Program-made: the position numbers and the translations under genes
Assembly (NCBI GenBank): GCA_038885755.1
Contig: JAVZZH010000001.1
Location: 64,001 to 128,000, forward strand
Origin: Candidatus Caldarchaeum sp.
GTDB taxonomy: Archaea > Thermoproteota > Nitrososphaeria_A > Caldarchaeales > Caldarchaeaceae
DNA length: 64,000 nt
Direction: 5' to 3'
Notes under the pieces: model-generated
Told to the model about the DNA's origin: nothing
The model's database searches: none
The model's input: the letters and a program-made list of their open reading frames with translations, nothing else
Shown here: positions 18,180 through 27,588 of the stretch, one piece after another
How positions within the stretch are numbered: the first letter of the stretch is position 1
Layout: every line of letters starts with the position of its first letter

Positions 18180-19400
18180 TTACTCGGAAATGACAGGCTT
18201 GTTATTCAACACTTCTAGAATGCTGTCCAGCTTGGCTGGAACGACGTGAGTATGTCCAACGACTCTGTCAACGACCTCGTCAACCTTGAACCCGGCCCCG
18301 GTGACGCAGCAGACGACTTCGTCGCCTGAGTCGATGACCCCCTCCTCCCTCATTTTCTTGACGGCCGCCACGGTGACAGCGCCTCCCGGTTCTGCGAATA
18401 AACCCGCGTGTCTGCTCAGGAGCTTGATGGCTTCTATGGTTTCCTCGTCCGAAACAGTCTCGCAGGTTCCTCCCGTGCTTCTGGCTATCGAGAGGGCGTA
18501 GTTGCCGTCTCCCGGCGTGCCTATGGCAAGGCTTTTCACGATTGTTTCAGGTTTCTTCACAGGCCTGACCTCGTCCCATCCGGCGGCGAAGGACCTCGAA
18601 ATGGGGGAGCATCCTTCTGGCTGCACTCCGTGGAAAACAGTGTCCGCCGAGTTGAGGACACCGAACATCTCAAGCTCCCTAAGGGCTTTGTGCAGAGCTC
18701 CGAACAAGGCGCCGCTGGCCATGGGTACAACGATGTGCTGGGGAGCCCTCCAGCCGAGGCTCTCGACTATCTCGAACATCATAGTCTTCGACCCCTCGAC
18801 ATAGTAGGGCCTGAGGTTCACATTCACTATTCCAACCTCGCTCCGTTCGACGAGAAGATAAGCAAGCCTGTTGACGTCGTCGTAGGTTCCGTCGACCAGC
18901 ACGACGTTCCCGCCGTAGATAGAGGCTTGCTTGACTTTAGGCAGCTCGACTGTGTCCGGCATGAGTACGAAACCTGTCAACCCCGCAGCCGTTGCGTGGG
19001 CTAGAGTTGCTGAAGCAAGGTTTCCCGTCGAAGCGCAGCCGACTGCTGTTATCCCAAACTCCTTGGCTTTCGAGACGGCTACGGACGCCGGCCTGTCCTT
19101 GAACGAGAACGTCGGGTTGACCGTGTCGTTCTTTATGTACAGGTTCCTGAGCCCTAGCGCCTTTCCCAGCTCGCTAGCTCTTACGAGCGGTGTTCCTCCA
19201 GCTCCTATGTCGACCCTGTGCTGTTTCTCGACGGGCAGAAGCTCCGAATATCTCCAAACACCTCTTACGCCGCTGTACGAAACCCTGTCAACCCAGCCGT
19301 CCTTAAGCTCGTCGTAAACGACGTCGAGGGCGCCGAGACATCTGTCGCAGACGTTTCTAAGCTCGGGGGGGAACTCAGCTTTACAGTTCCTGCAAACCAG
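18180..19400 (-). CDS. thrC: Threonine synthase (PLP fold type II); start non-canonical or uncertain
   Basis: Frame stays open upstream of the tracked ORF: CRNC..CDRC, GVWRYSELLP, GGTPL, KNDTVNPTFSFKDR, ASTGN; also EGSKT, PMASG, TGAGFK. Confidence 0.9.
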   Translation of the reverse strand: MVCRNCKAEFPPELRNVCDRCLGALDVVYDELKDGWVDRVSYSGVRGVWRYSELLPVEKQHRVDIGAGGTPLVRASELGKALGLRNLYIKNDTVNPTFSFKDRPASVAVSKAKEFGITAVGCASTGNLASATLAHATAAGLTGFVLMPDTVELPKVKQASIYGGNVVLVDGTYDDVNRLAYLLVERSEVGIVNVNLRPYYVEGSKTMMFEIVESLGWRAPQHIVVPMASGALFGALHKALRELEMFGVLNSADTVFHGVQPEGCSPISRSFAAGWDEVRPVKKPETIVKSLAIGTPGDGNYALSIARSTGGTCETVSDEETIEAIKLLSRHAGLFAEPGGAVTVAAVKKMREEGVIDSGDEVVCCVTGAGFKVDEVVDRVVGHTHVVPAKLDSILEVLNNKPVISE

Positions 19401-19456
19401 CCTTAGCTCCGACCACCTTGGTTTTCAGCGGAACGCGCTGCTTATAAACCTATGCG

Positions 19457-20467
19457 TCAAGCCTCAAGAATAAGCTGAAGGTCGCTGTACCTGATAGTCA
19501 ACCCGAACCTGTCCTCCCTCTCCTTCATATACCTGTAGCAGCGCATCAACAGAGGCATGTGCTTCACCAAGCTCAGCTCACCTCTCTGCTTGAGCTTCAC
19601 CATCCTGTAGACGTCGGCGAACGGCTTGAATTTATGGAGAACCTCTTCAACATATCTGTCCAAGTCTTCGATGTTTTCGACAAACAGCTCAGCGCACTCT
19701 ATGCTCGGAACGATTCCCTCGCCTAGCATCGGATACACCGTGCCCACTGACTCGCCTACGCCGACAACCTTGCCTGAAACAATCGGCTGGCAGAGCTCGG
19801 GCGGAGTTATCCTAATCGCCTTGCCGACTTTCACAACCGCCTCCCCCCAATGCTTCTTGTTAAAAGAATTCACCTCCCTAACTTGGTTGCCATGGATGTC
19901 GCCAGCGCCCAGATAAGCTTCGTTCTCCCCCAGAGGAAAATACCACAGATAACCAGTCCATCCACCGAATATTCTTACGTAAAAGTCGTCGAAAGGCTTG
20001 CCGTTCAAGTACCTCATCCTGTACTCGAAACAGGGCACAACCTCGTCGGCGGAAGGTTTTGGAAGAAGAGCCCTCGTCACACCTGTGGCGTCAACCACCA
20101 AGTCGAACCTCTTCAGCAAGTAATCTAGGTCGGGTGGTGAGCCGTACGCAACGTCCAGCCCTCTCGCCAGCTCCAGCTCTAGACGAGCTTTTTCGTAGGT
20201 GCACAGCCCCTTCAGAGGAATGACCGAAGATTTCCTACCGTTGTCAAGCGTCAGCCTTTCTCCTAAGTGGAGTAAGAAATCGTCGAAGTCAAAGTCAACG
20301 TTTCTGAGAAGCTGTTTCATCACGCTCCTGCTTGTTCCCCAAGCGCAGATCGCTTTGAAGCTCTCTAGGGGCTGTCGCTCAAAACCCTTGACCTCGTATC
20401 CAAGCATGGAAAGCCTCCGCACAAGATAAGAGCCCGCTGCACCTAGACCGACGACGGCTATCTTCAA
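19457..20467 (-). CDS. NAD(P)/FAD-dependent oxidoreductase, geranylgeranyl reductase-like
   Basis: GLGAAG Rossmann motif, VDATG, GYLWYFP, VGESVGTVYPMLGEGI. Confidence 0.85.
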   Translation of the reverse strand: MKIAVVGLGAAGSYLVRRLSMLGYEVKGFERQPLESFKAICAWGTSRSVMKQLLRNVDFDFDDFLLHLGERLTLDNGRKSSVIPLKGLCTYEKARLELELARGLDVAYGSPPDLDYLLKRFDLVVDATGVTRALLPKPSADEVVPCFEYRMRYLNGKPFDDFYVRIFGGWTGYLWYFPLGENEAYLGAGDIHGNQVREVNSFNKKHWGEAVVKVGKAIRITPPELCQPIVSGKVVGVGESVGTVYPMLGEGIVPSIECAELFVENIEDLDRYVEEVLHKFKPFADVYRMVKLKQRGELSLVKHMPLLMRCYRYMKEREDRFGLTIRYSDLQLILEA

Positions 20468-20583
20468 GGCTTAACAAGGCTATGTCTTTCGAATACAAAA
20501 ATATTACCCCAGTTAAAAGAAGAAGTATACTGTTTATCCGGACCGCAGCATCCTTAAGTACAGTTGTTCAGAAGCTAAGGTGG

Positions 20584-21099
20584 ATGGTCGACGACATAGC
20601 ATCGGTCATAGAGGATAGCTTGCTAGAATACCTCCACACACCTGTGAAGGTTGTGCTGACCTCCGAGCTGAATCGGCTTGCTTACGCGGGAAAAACCGTC
20701 GAGGACTTGAAGGCAGGGTCCGTCGTGAGCGTCTGGAGATGGGTTGCTGAAGTTCTGGTCTCTTCGGGCTGCGCCGAATACGTCTCAAAGCCCACTCCAT
20801 CCTCACAGTTGATGCAGGTTGAATGGAGGGAGAAAAACAATCCGACGGATCTACAGCCTCTGGCCAAACACTTCTACTTTGAGTGGATGAAGGAGGCTGA
20901 GAGAGGGGATAGGGATGTTGCGCGCAGGCTTACCGACGTCATGACGATGAGGGTAAGCAAGATAGTTGCTCTGGCTGCTAAACGGCTCGACGGAGAGATA
21001 GTTAAAAAACTCACGCCGGAGGAGGAGGTGCTTTACCGGAACGTTTACAGAATAGTGGATGAATGGGTCGGCCGGATGACTGCGGATAAGGGTGGCTAG
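20584..21099 (+). CDS. gins23: GINS complex subunit Gins23 (Psf2/Psf3-like)
   Basis: Beta domain first (VSVWRWVAEVL), LQPL..HFY, RVSKI, LTPEE; directly upstream of mcm; start ATG 20584 after AGGTGG. Confidence 0.88.
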   Translation: MVDDIASVIEDSLLEYLHTPVKVVLTSELNRLAYAGKTVEDLKAGSVVSVWRWVAEVLVSSGCAEYVSKPTPSSQLMQVEWREKNNPTDLQPLAKHFYFEWMKEAERGDRDVARRLTDVMTMRVSKIVALAAKRLDGEIVKKLTPEEEVLYRNVYRIVDEWVGRMTADKGG

Positions 21100-21101
21100 G
21101 A

Positions 21102-23126
21102 TTGGCGACCATACCCCTTGAAGAGAAGCTGGTGTCTTTCTTCAAGTCTGAGAAATACCGAGAGCTTCTGAGAGAAGCAGCCGTCAGGAAGAAGAGAAGC
21201 ATCCCCGTCGAGTTCAACGACCTGATTAAGTTCGACGAAACCTTCGCACGCAACCTAGTCGCCAGCCCCAACAACTTGCTCGGTGATTTGAACAGAGCTT
21301 GTCTCCGCCAGCTACAGATCGAAGACCCCGAATACGCTGCTTCAGTACCAGTTTTCGCTGCGAGAATCGTATCGCTTCCCACGACCACCCCAATCAGGGA
21401 GGTGAGGTCGGAGCATCTACGTAAGCTTGTGATGGTCGACGGGATGGTCTCGAAAGCTTCCGCGGTGAAGCCGATCCTAAAGAAGGGCGTGTTCCGGTGT
21501 AAGTATTGCGGCACAAACCAGATGGTTGAGCAGTCTTCTCACAGGCTAATCACGCCCGAGGCTTGTCTGGACAAGACATGTCGGGGGAGCAGGCGGCCCA
21601 GTTTCGAGCTCGTGCAGGAGGAGTCCACCTACATAGACTATCAGGTCATCGGGGTGCAGGAGAAGCCTGAGGACCTTCCTCCAGGACAGCTTCCACGGGT
21701 TATAGAGGTAAGGGCTAAGGATGACTTGGTTGACGTGGCTAGGCCCGGCGACAGGGTGATTGTCGTTGGAGTAGTCGACTCGGTTCAGGAGAGGACGGCT
21801 GAAAGCCCTCTAAGAACCTTCAAGATCTATCTCGACGCCGTAAGCATAGAGCCTGCGAGCAAAGAACCTCAGGCCATACACATATCCTCCGAGGACGAGA
21901 AGCTTTTCAAGAAGATGGCTGAAGACCCCTTCATAATCAACAAGCTAGTCGACTCGATAGCTCCCTCGATCTACGGTCTAGACCACATCAAGAAAGCCAT
22001 CCTCCTGCTGCTTGTGGGCGGCAGGTCGAAGACCTTCCCCGACGGCTTGAGGGTGAGAGGGGACATAAACATCCTCTTGGTGGGCGACCCGGGCACCGCC
22101 AAGAGCCAGCTACTCCAGTACGTTGCAGCCATAGCCCCCAGAGGGATCTACACTTCGGGTAGAGGCTCTACGGCCGCTGGGCTGACCGCTGCCGTTCTGC
22201 GTGAAAGGGAGGGCGGCATGGTTCTTGAAGCCGGTGCGATGGTTCTGGCGGACATGGGTGTTTGCTGCATCGACGAGATCGACAAGATGAGGCCTGAGGA
22301 CCGGGTGGCTATTCATGAGGCGATGGCTCAGCAGACCGTGAGCATCGCCAAGGGCGGAATAGTGGCGACGCTGAACGCCCGGACAGCTGTTTTGGCGGCG
22401 GCTAACCCATACCTCGGCAGGTACGATAGCTACAAGCTCTTCACGGAGAACGTCGACCTACCCATAACCATCCTCTCACGGTTCGACCTGATATTCGTGC
22501 TAAAAGACGAGCCCAATTCAGACACGGACAAGAAAATATCCACACACATAGCCGCTCTTCATCAGCTCGGTGAACCCGAGAAAGCACCACCGATACCAGT
22601 GGAGATCTTCCGGAAATACATAGCTTACTCGAAGAGGATTGAACCAGTCATTTCGTCGAAGGCTTTGAAGGTGCTGGAGGAGTTTTATCTCAAGATGAGG
22701 TCGATGTATGAGAAGACATCGACAGTAAGCATAACAGCTCGCCAGTTCGAGTCGCTGATAAGGATGACGGAGGCGCATGCTAGAGCTGCTTTAAAAAGCC
22801 AAGCAGACGAGGTTGACGCAGCTGCAGCCATTTCCCTGATGAAGATCAGCCTCCAGCAGGTGGGGGTTGATGTCGAGACAGGTGTTCCCGACATCGACGT
22901 GATCATGACGGGGAAGCCGAAGAGCCTCAGGGATAAGTTTAGGCTTGTCGTCGAAACGATAAAGAAGTTCGAGGAAAAGAGCGGTTATGCTTCTGAGCAG
23001 GAGCTAAGGAGTGCACTTCTTCAGGAGGGTCTTTCGGATGACGACATAACAAGGCTGATTACACGGCTTATCAGCGCGGGCATGGTCTTCATGCCGAGGA
23101 CGGGTGCTTACAAGACGACAAAATGA
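21102..23126 (+). CDS. mcm: Replicative helicase MCM
   Basis: Zn finger, GDPGTAKSQ, IDEIDKM, SRFD, TARQFESL; no intein. Confidence 0.98.
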   Translation: MATIPLEEKLVSFFKSEKYRELLREAAVRKKRSIPVEFNDLIKFDETFARNLVASPNNLLGDLNRACLRQLQIEDPEYAASVPVFAARIVSLPTTTPIREVRSEHLRKLVMVDGMVSKASAVKPILKKGVFRCKYCGTNQMVEQSSHRLITPEACLDKTCRGSRRPSFELVQEESTYIDYQVIGVQEKPEDLPPGQLPRVIEVRAKDDLVDVARPGDRVIVVGVVDSVQERTAESPLRTFKIYLDAVSIEPASKEPQAIHISSEDEKLFKKMAEDPFIINKLVDSIAPSIYGLDHIKKAILLLLVGGRSKTFPDGLRVRGDINILLVGDPGTAKSQLLQYVAAIAPRGIYTSGRGSTAAGLTAAVLREREGGMVLEAGAMVLADMGVCCIDEIDKMRPEDRVAIHEAMAQQTVSIAKGGIVATLNARTAVLAAANPYLGRYDSYKLFTENVDLPITILSRFDLIFVLKDEPNSDTDKKISTHIAALHQLGEPEKAPPIPVEIFRKYIAYSKRIEPVISSKALKVLEEFYLKMRSMYEKTSTVSITARQFESLIRMTEAHARAALKSQADEVDAAAAISLMKISLQQVGVDVETGVPDIDVIMTGKPKSLRDKFRLVVETIKKFEEKSGYASEQELRSALLQEGLSDDDITRLITRLISAGMVFMPRTGAYKTTK

Positions 23127-25258
23127 ACTCAGTCAGGAGCGTTGAACATCTTCCCCCCTACCTCCGGGAGGCTGTAAAGAGATACGGCGTTAGTGAGTTC
23201 TACCCGCCTCAAACAGAGGCCTTGGAAAAAGGTCTTCTCGACGGCAGGCGTCTGATGGTCTCGACGCCGACTGCTTCTGGAAAAACCCTGATAGCTATGA
23301 TGGCTGCCTACAAACACGTAGTCGAAGGCGGTAAAGTGCTGTACCTCACTCCTTTGAGAGCTCTGGCGTCCGAGAAGCTAAGCGAGTTCAGCCTCTTCCT
23401 AGGCGGTGAGTTCCGTGTCGTAGCCAGCACGGGAGACTATGACTCAGCCGACCCGTGGCTTGAGTCCTACGACGTCATCGTGGCCACCAACGAGAAGGCC
23501 GACAGCCTGCTTAGACACAGAGCTCCCTGGATAGAAAAAATATCCCTGCTCGTAGCCGACGAGGTGCATCTGCTTGGAGACCCTGACCGGGGGCCGACCC
23601 TCGAGATGACGCTTACCAGAATGCTAGCCAACAACCCGGAAGCACAGCTCATAGCCCTCAGCGCAACAGCGCCCAACGCTCAGGAAATAGCTGCATGGCT
23701 CGGCGCAGACTTGATTTCGATGAACTGGCGGCCCGTCCCCCTCAGGGAGGGGGTCTACTTGAGGGGAGAGGTGGTTTACAGCGACAACCAGAGGAAGAGG
23801 GTTGCTGAGTATGACTCTAACCCCGCTGTATCGCTGGTGCTGCAGACAGTCTCCGAAGGAGGTCAAGCCATCATATTCACGAACACCCGTAGAAAAGCAG
23901 AGCAGTACGCTGAGAAAGCAGCCTCAGCCCTCTCTTCAAACAACCTATTAAGCGAGGAGGATAGAGACTTCCTGTCCTCAGTTGCTTCAGAGCTTGTCCA
24001 GACCGGGGAGGCGTCCGCGTTCAACGAGAAAGTCTCCGCCCTCCTACGTGAGGGTGCTTGTTTTCACCACGCCGGATTAGCAGCCTCTCACAGGCGTGCG
24101 GTCGAGTATGCTTTCAGGCAGAGGCGTCTCAAAATACTCTGTGCAACTCCTACCCTCGCTGCCGGAGTAAACCTTCCAGCCCGAATGGTTGTGATACCTG
24201 AGCTGAGAAGGTACGAGGTTGGGGAGGGTTTGAAGAACATATCCGTCTCAGAGTATAAGCAGTTCTGCGGAAGGGCTGGGAGGCCGGGCTACGACGATTA
24301 CGGCGAGACCGTGGTGATAGCCCGCAACGAGGACGAGTTCGAGGCTGTGTTTGAGAGATACGTAAATGGAAGGCCTGAGCGTGTCTGGTCCAAGCTCGGC
24401 AGCCAGAGACATTTGAGGGTGCAGGTTTTAGCCGTTCTCGCAAGCGAGGAGATACACAGCGCCGAAGGGTTGGAGAGGTTTTTCGCGAGAACTTTCCTAG
24501 CCCATCAGTTCGGAGAGAGGCTGATGGTCAAAGCGCTGAACGAGGTTGTCGACTTCCTCGTCTCGAACGGGTTTGTAAAGCTGGAGGACGGTCTGAAAGC
24601 GACTAGGCTTGGCCGACGTGTCGCGGAGCTGTACATAGACCCCATCACCGCTCTGTCGATAATAAAAACATGCTCCAAAAGGCCGAGGAACTTGGACGAG
24701 CTCGGGCTGATTCAAGCGGTCTGCACAGCTGTCGAGGTTCCGAGCATTCCGATGAAGAGGGTTGAGCCTTGGAAGATTAAGAAATTCGTCGACGAAAACT
24801 TCGACTGTTTCTTCTACGTTCCAGACCCTGCATCCGAGCCTGACGAGTTCGAGCTGTTCCTCGAATCCGTCAAGACGGCGATACTGATGAAGGCGTGGGT
24901 TAACGAGGTGGGCGAGGGAGAGCTGTATGAGCGGCTTGGTGTAGAGCCGGGGGACTTGGCTGTTCTTCGGGAGAGATGCAGCTGGATCGCTTACGCCGCC
25001 TCCCAGCTGATGGCTATTCAGGGCAACAAGCTGTTGGAGAATGCTTTCATGACCATGTCGGAAAGGCTGGCGGAAGGTGTTAGGGAGGAGCTTCTCCCCC
25101 TCACTTCTCTAAAGGGTGTTGGAAGGGTGAGGGCTAGGAACCTATACAACCATGGATACCGGACGATCGAGGACCTGAGAAAAGCAACGGTCGAACAATT
25201 GTCGAGAGTACCTTCGATAGGCGAGAAGACCGCAGCATTCATCAAGAACCAGGTTTGA
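23123..25258 (+). CDS. hel308: Ski2-like SF2 helicase Hel308 (Hjm)
   Basis: PTASGKT, DEVH, SAT, TPTLAAGVNLP, GRAGRP, GVGRVRAR, C-terminal HhH. Confidence 0.95.
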   Translation: MNSVRSVEHLPPYLREAVKRYGVSEFYPPQTEALEKGLLDGRRLMVSTPTASGKTLIAMMAAYKHVVEGGKVLYLTPLRALASEKLSEFSLFLGGEFRVVASTGDYDSADPWLESYDVIVATNEKADSLLRHRAPWIEKISLLVADEVHLLGDPDRGPTLEMTLTRMLANNPEAQLIALSATAPNAQEIAAWLGADLISMNWRPVPLREGVYLRGEVVYSDNQRKRVAEYDSNPAVSLVLQTVSEGGQAIIFTNTRRKAEQYAEKAASALSSNNLLSEEDRDFLSSVASELVQTGEASAFNEKVSALLREGACFHHAGLAASHRRAVEYAFRQRRLKILCATPTLAAGVNLPARMVVIPELRRYEVGEGLKNISVSEYKQFCGRAGRPGYDDYGETVVIARNEDEFEAVFERYVNGRPERVWSKLGSQRHLRVQVLAVLASEEIHSAEGLERFFARTFLAHQFGERLMVKALNEVVDFLVSNGFVKLEDGLKATRLGRRVAELYIDPITALSIIKTCSKRPRNLDELGLIQAVCTAVEVPSIPMKRVEPWKIKKFVDENFDCFFYVPDPASEPDEFELFLESVKTAILMKAWVNEVGEGELYERLGVEPGDLAVLRERCSWIAYAASQLMAIQGNKLLENAFMTMSERLAEGVREELLPLTSLKGVGRVRARNLYNHGYRTIEDLRKATVEQLSRVPSIGEKTAAFIKNQV

Positions 25259-25727
25259 GCAACGCCTCCAGCTCTCTCAAACTAACCTCCTGCCCGACCT
25301 CCACAGACCCCGGCCTAAGCCTCCTGACAAACTCAAGGCCCTCCCGCCATCCCAGACCTTTATGCTTCATCAGAAAAGCAGTCAACACCATGCCCGTTCT
25401 GCCGTGCCCAGCCTGACAGTGGATTAGCGTCTTGTGGCCTCTGCTGAGCAGGGTTTCCACGGCTTCAACGATCTTCATGAGAGTCGGTGCATCGGCTGGC
25501 TGATGGTCTTTCAGCGGGAAGTGGAGGTATGTAAACCCGTCTACAAGATGCTTCGGCAGGGGTTGTTCGGTAAGGCTGATTATGGCCGAAACTCCACGGC
25601 TTTTCAGGTACCGCATGTGTTTTTTCCTGCTCGGCAGACCGCTTGCCGCTATCTTGCCGTCTATCTCGGAGTAGTTGGGTGGTCTGTCGATGAAAAAACC
25701 CTGTAATTTTCTCAACGCACCGGTCAT
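25242..25727 (-). CDS. Dual-specificity (CX5R) phosphatase
   Basis: P-loop HCQAGHGRTG, acid loop PLKDH, RRLRPGSVE. Confidence 0.92.
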   Translation of the reverse strand: MTGALRKLQGFFIDRPPNYSEIDGKIAASGLPSRKKHMRYLKSRGVSAIISLTEQPLPKHLVDGFTYLHFPLKDHQPADAPTLMKIVEAVETLLSRGHKTLIHCQAGHGRTGMVLTAFLMKHKGLGWREGLEFVRRLRPGSVEVGQEVSLRELEALLKPGS

Positions 25728-25730
25728 GAC

Positions 25731-26468
25731 TCACATGCTTAAGAGCGACTTTACAAGCCTTCCTGTCTTCTCCTCGATCTCCGCCCTGACGCTGGCTGCC
25801 TGCTGCTCGTCTAGGTGCAGGACAAGAGCCTTCACCCGGTCGTAGCCAAGCTTGTTCACCATTACGTCGAAGACACGGACTCCGCCCAAAAGCTCGTACA
25901 TCTCCGACTCGGCAGGCCTCACGGCAACAGGGGTGAACAGGTCTACGTACTGCGCCAAAACCTCCCTCTCCACCTCGCTTACGTTTATCAGAAGCCCGGG
26001 CGGGACCAAGATCCTGCTCACAGGCAGCTCCACAACGCTCCCAACATAATCTCCGGCTAAAACCTCCGCCCTCTCACATTTCCACGAGTCTAGCTTGAGC
26101 TTATCACGCTCTCCGAAATAGCCATGCCACCACTTGAGGCTCTCCAGAACCAGTTTCTCCATCTCCGACTCTATCTGGTGGTTCTCGCCGTCGACGTCCT
26201 CGTTCGTCAAAATCATGGCCAGCGTCTTTTTACTTCTCCTCTTTTGCACCTCCGCCTGCTGTGAGAAGAGCTGCGGCTTCACGGCTGTGAGAACAACATC
26301 CATGACTACTTGGTTTCCGGCCTTGTCTGCGCCCAGATTAATCCTTACCGACAAGCGGTCTTTGCCTCTCAGCTTTTCAAGAAGATATTCACGCAGCCTT
26401 TCGTACATCACCATAGTGTAGATGAACTGGCCCAGCTTCGACTCGAACTCGTCGTATCCGTAAGACAT
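25731..26468 (-). CDS. Hypothetical protein with C-terminal degenerate ParB/Srx-like domain
   Basis: VELPVSRI..P, TPVAVRP...YELLGGVRVF..LGYDRVKALV resembles the ParBc pattern. Confidence 0.7.
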   Translation of the reverse strand: MSYGYDEFESKLGQFIYTMVMYERLREYLLEKLRGKDRLSVRINLGADKAGNQVVMDVVLTAVKPQLFSQQAEVQKRRSKKTLAMILTNEDVDGENHQIESEMEKLVLESLKWWHGYFGERDKLKLDSWKCERAEVLAGDYVGSVVELPVSRILVPPGLLINVSEVEREVLAQYVDLFTPVAVRPAESEMYELLGGVRVFDVMVNKLGYDRVKALVLHLDEQQAASVRAEIEEKTGRLVKSLLSM

Positions 26469-26618
26469 CTACGGAGCCTTCTCGATGTACTTAAACACAC
26501 CGACCTCGACGAAGTTGTGGTGGATGTATGTGTATTCGTCGGAGACGGGCATCAACGTGGCCTCGCACACTGGTAGGGACGGCTCCGGCACTTCAAGCTG
26601 CCTTACCTGTGCCCGCAT
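26469..26618 (-). CDS. Small 49-aa protein (not in ORF track)
   Basis: MRAQVRQLEVPEPSLPVCEATLMPVSDEYTYIHHNFVEVGVFKYIEKAP*; GGTGA just upstream; TTATATAA promoter at about 26640-26648; TAG abuts next ATG. Confidence 0.6.
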   Translation of the reverse strand: MRAQVRQLEVPEPSLPVCEATLMPVSDEYTYIHHNFVEVGVFKYIEKAP

Positions 26619-26669
26619 GTTCACCAAGCTATTCCAAAATTATATAAGCGTTTACCAGTATCAAGATTT

Positions 26670-27584
26670 TTGACCAGCGCTCCCTTAAATACCTCCGGCC
26701 ATCAGCGAGGAACAGGCTTGAAGGTCGTCAGCGGTGTATCGTCGCCGGACCTAGCCGCCAAGCTTGGCCGTTTCCTTAATGCTCCTGTAGTTGATGTCGA
26801 GTCCAAGCGTTTTCCCGACGGAGAGTCATACTTGAGAGTTTTGGGAGACGTGGCCGGGGAGAAAGTCGTGCTGGTTCAGGGTCTTCATCCTCCACAAGAC
26901 ACGCATCTGACGCAGCTTCTTCTGCTGGCTGACTGCTTGAACGACTTGGGCGCTGCATCCATAACAGCAGTGGTTCCCTACATGGCGTACGCGAGGCAGG
27001 ATAGGAGGTTTAGGGACGGCGAGGCTGTGAGCATCCTAACTGTGCTCAAGCTTTTGAAAACGGTTGGCATAAGCGAGGTGATAACGGTGAACATCCACTC
27101 GCCGTGGATACTAGGCAAGTCGGCTGTAGCGGTGAAGAACGTGGACGCCACAGGGTTGTTAGCCTCGTACCTGCTACAGGCGGGGGTTGAAAAGCCGCTG
27201 GTGTTGTCTCCGGGGAAGAAGGGCTTGGAGATGGCCGCCTCAGTAGCCTCCGTCATGGAAACTGACTATGCGCATGTTGAGAGCCGTAGAAGCCTTGAGG
27301 ACGGCCGGGTTTCAGTTTCTTTTGACGGGGAGCTGGGAGGGCGTGAGGTTGTGCTGGTTGACGACGTGATAAGCACCGGTGAGACGATGGCGAAGTGCGT
27401 CGAGCTTGCTAGGAGGAAGGGAGCCGCCCGGGTTGTAGTGGCCGCGGTCCACGGCCTGTTCGTAGCGTCGTCTGTTGAAAAAATACTCTCGGCTGGAGTA
27501 GACTTGATAATGACGACTGACACGGTTCCGAACCCGTACGCAGTGGCTTCAGTCGCAGGATTGGTTGCAGCTCAGCTAGAGTGA
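26670..27584 (+). CDS. prs: Ribose-phosphate pyrophosphokinase (start possibly TTG 26718)
   Basis: FPDGE, PYMAYARQDR, VDDVISTGET, VHGLF, TDTV. Confidence 0.95.
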   Translation: MTSAPLNTSGHQRGTGLKVVSGVSSPDLAAKLGRFLNAPVVDVESKRFPDGESYLRVLGDVAGEKVVLVQGLHPPQDTHLTQLLLLADCLNDLGAASITAVVPYMAYARQDRRFRDGEAVSILTVLKLLKTVGISEVITVNIHSPWILGKSAVAVKNVDATGLLASYLLQAGVEKPLVLSPGKKGLEMAASVASVMETDYAHVESRRSLEDGRVSVSFDGELGGREVVLVDDVISTGETMAKCVELARRKGAARVVVAAVHGLFVASSVEKILSAGVDLIMTTDTVPNPYAVASVAGLVAAQLE

Positions 27585-27588
27585 AGAA

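Noticed and set aside
19365-19371. G7 homopolymer in thrC as a phase-variable or frameshift site
   Set aside because: Seven bases keep the frame (TTC CCC CCC, F-P-P)
20468-20583. AT-rich gap upstream of gins23-mcm as origin, or as the ORF track's N-terminal extension of GINS
   Set aside because: No ORB-like repeats; best explained as divergent promoters with the true start at 20584
8685-25258. Inteins in rfcS, mcm or hel308
   Set aside because: All proteins are normal length with contiguous motifs
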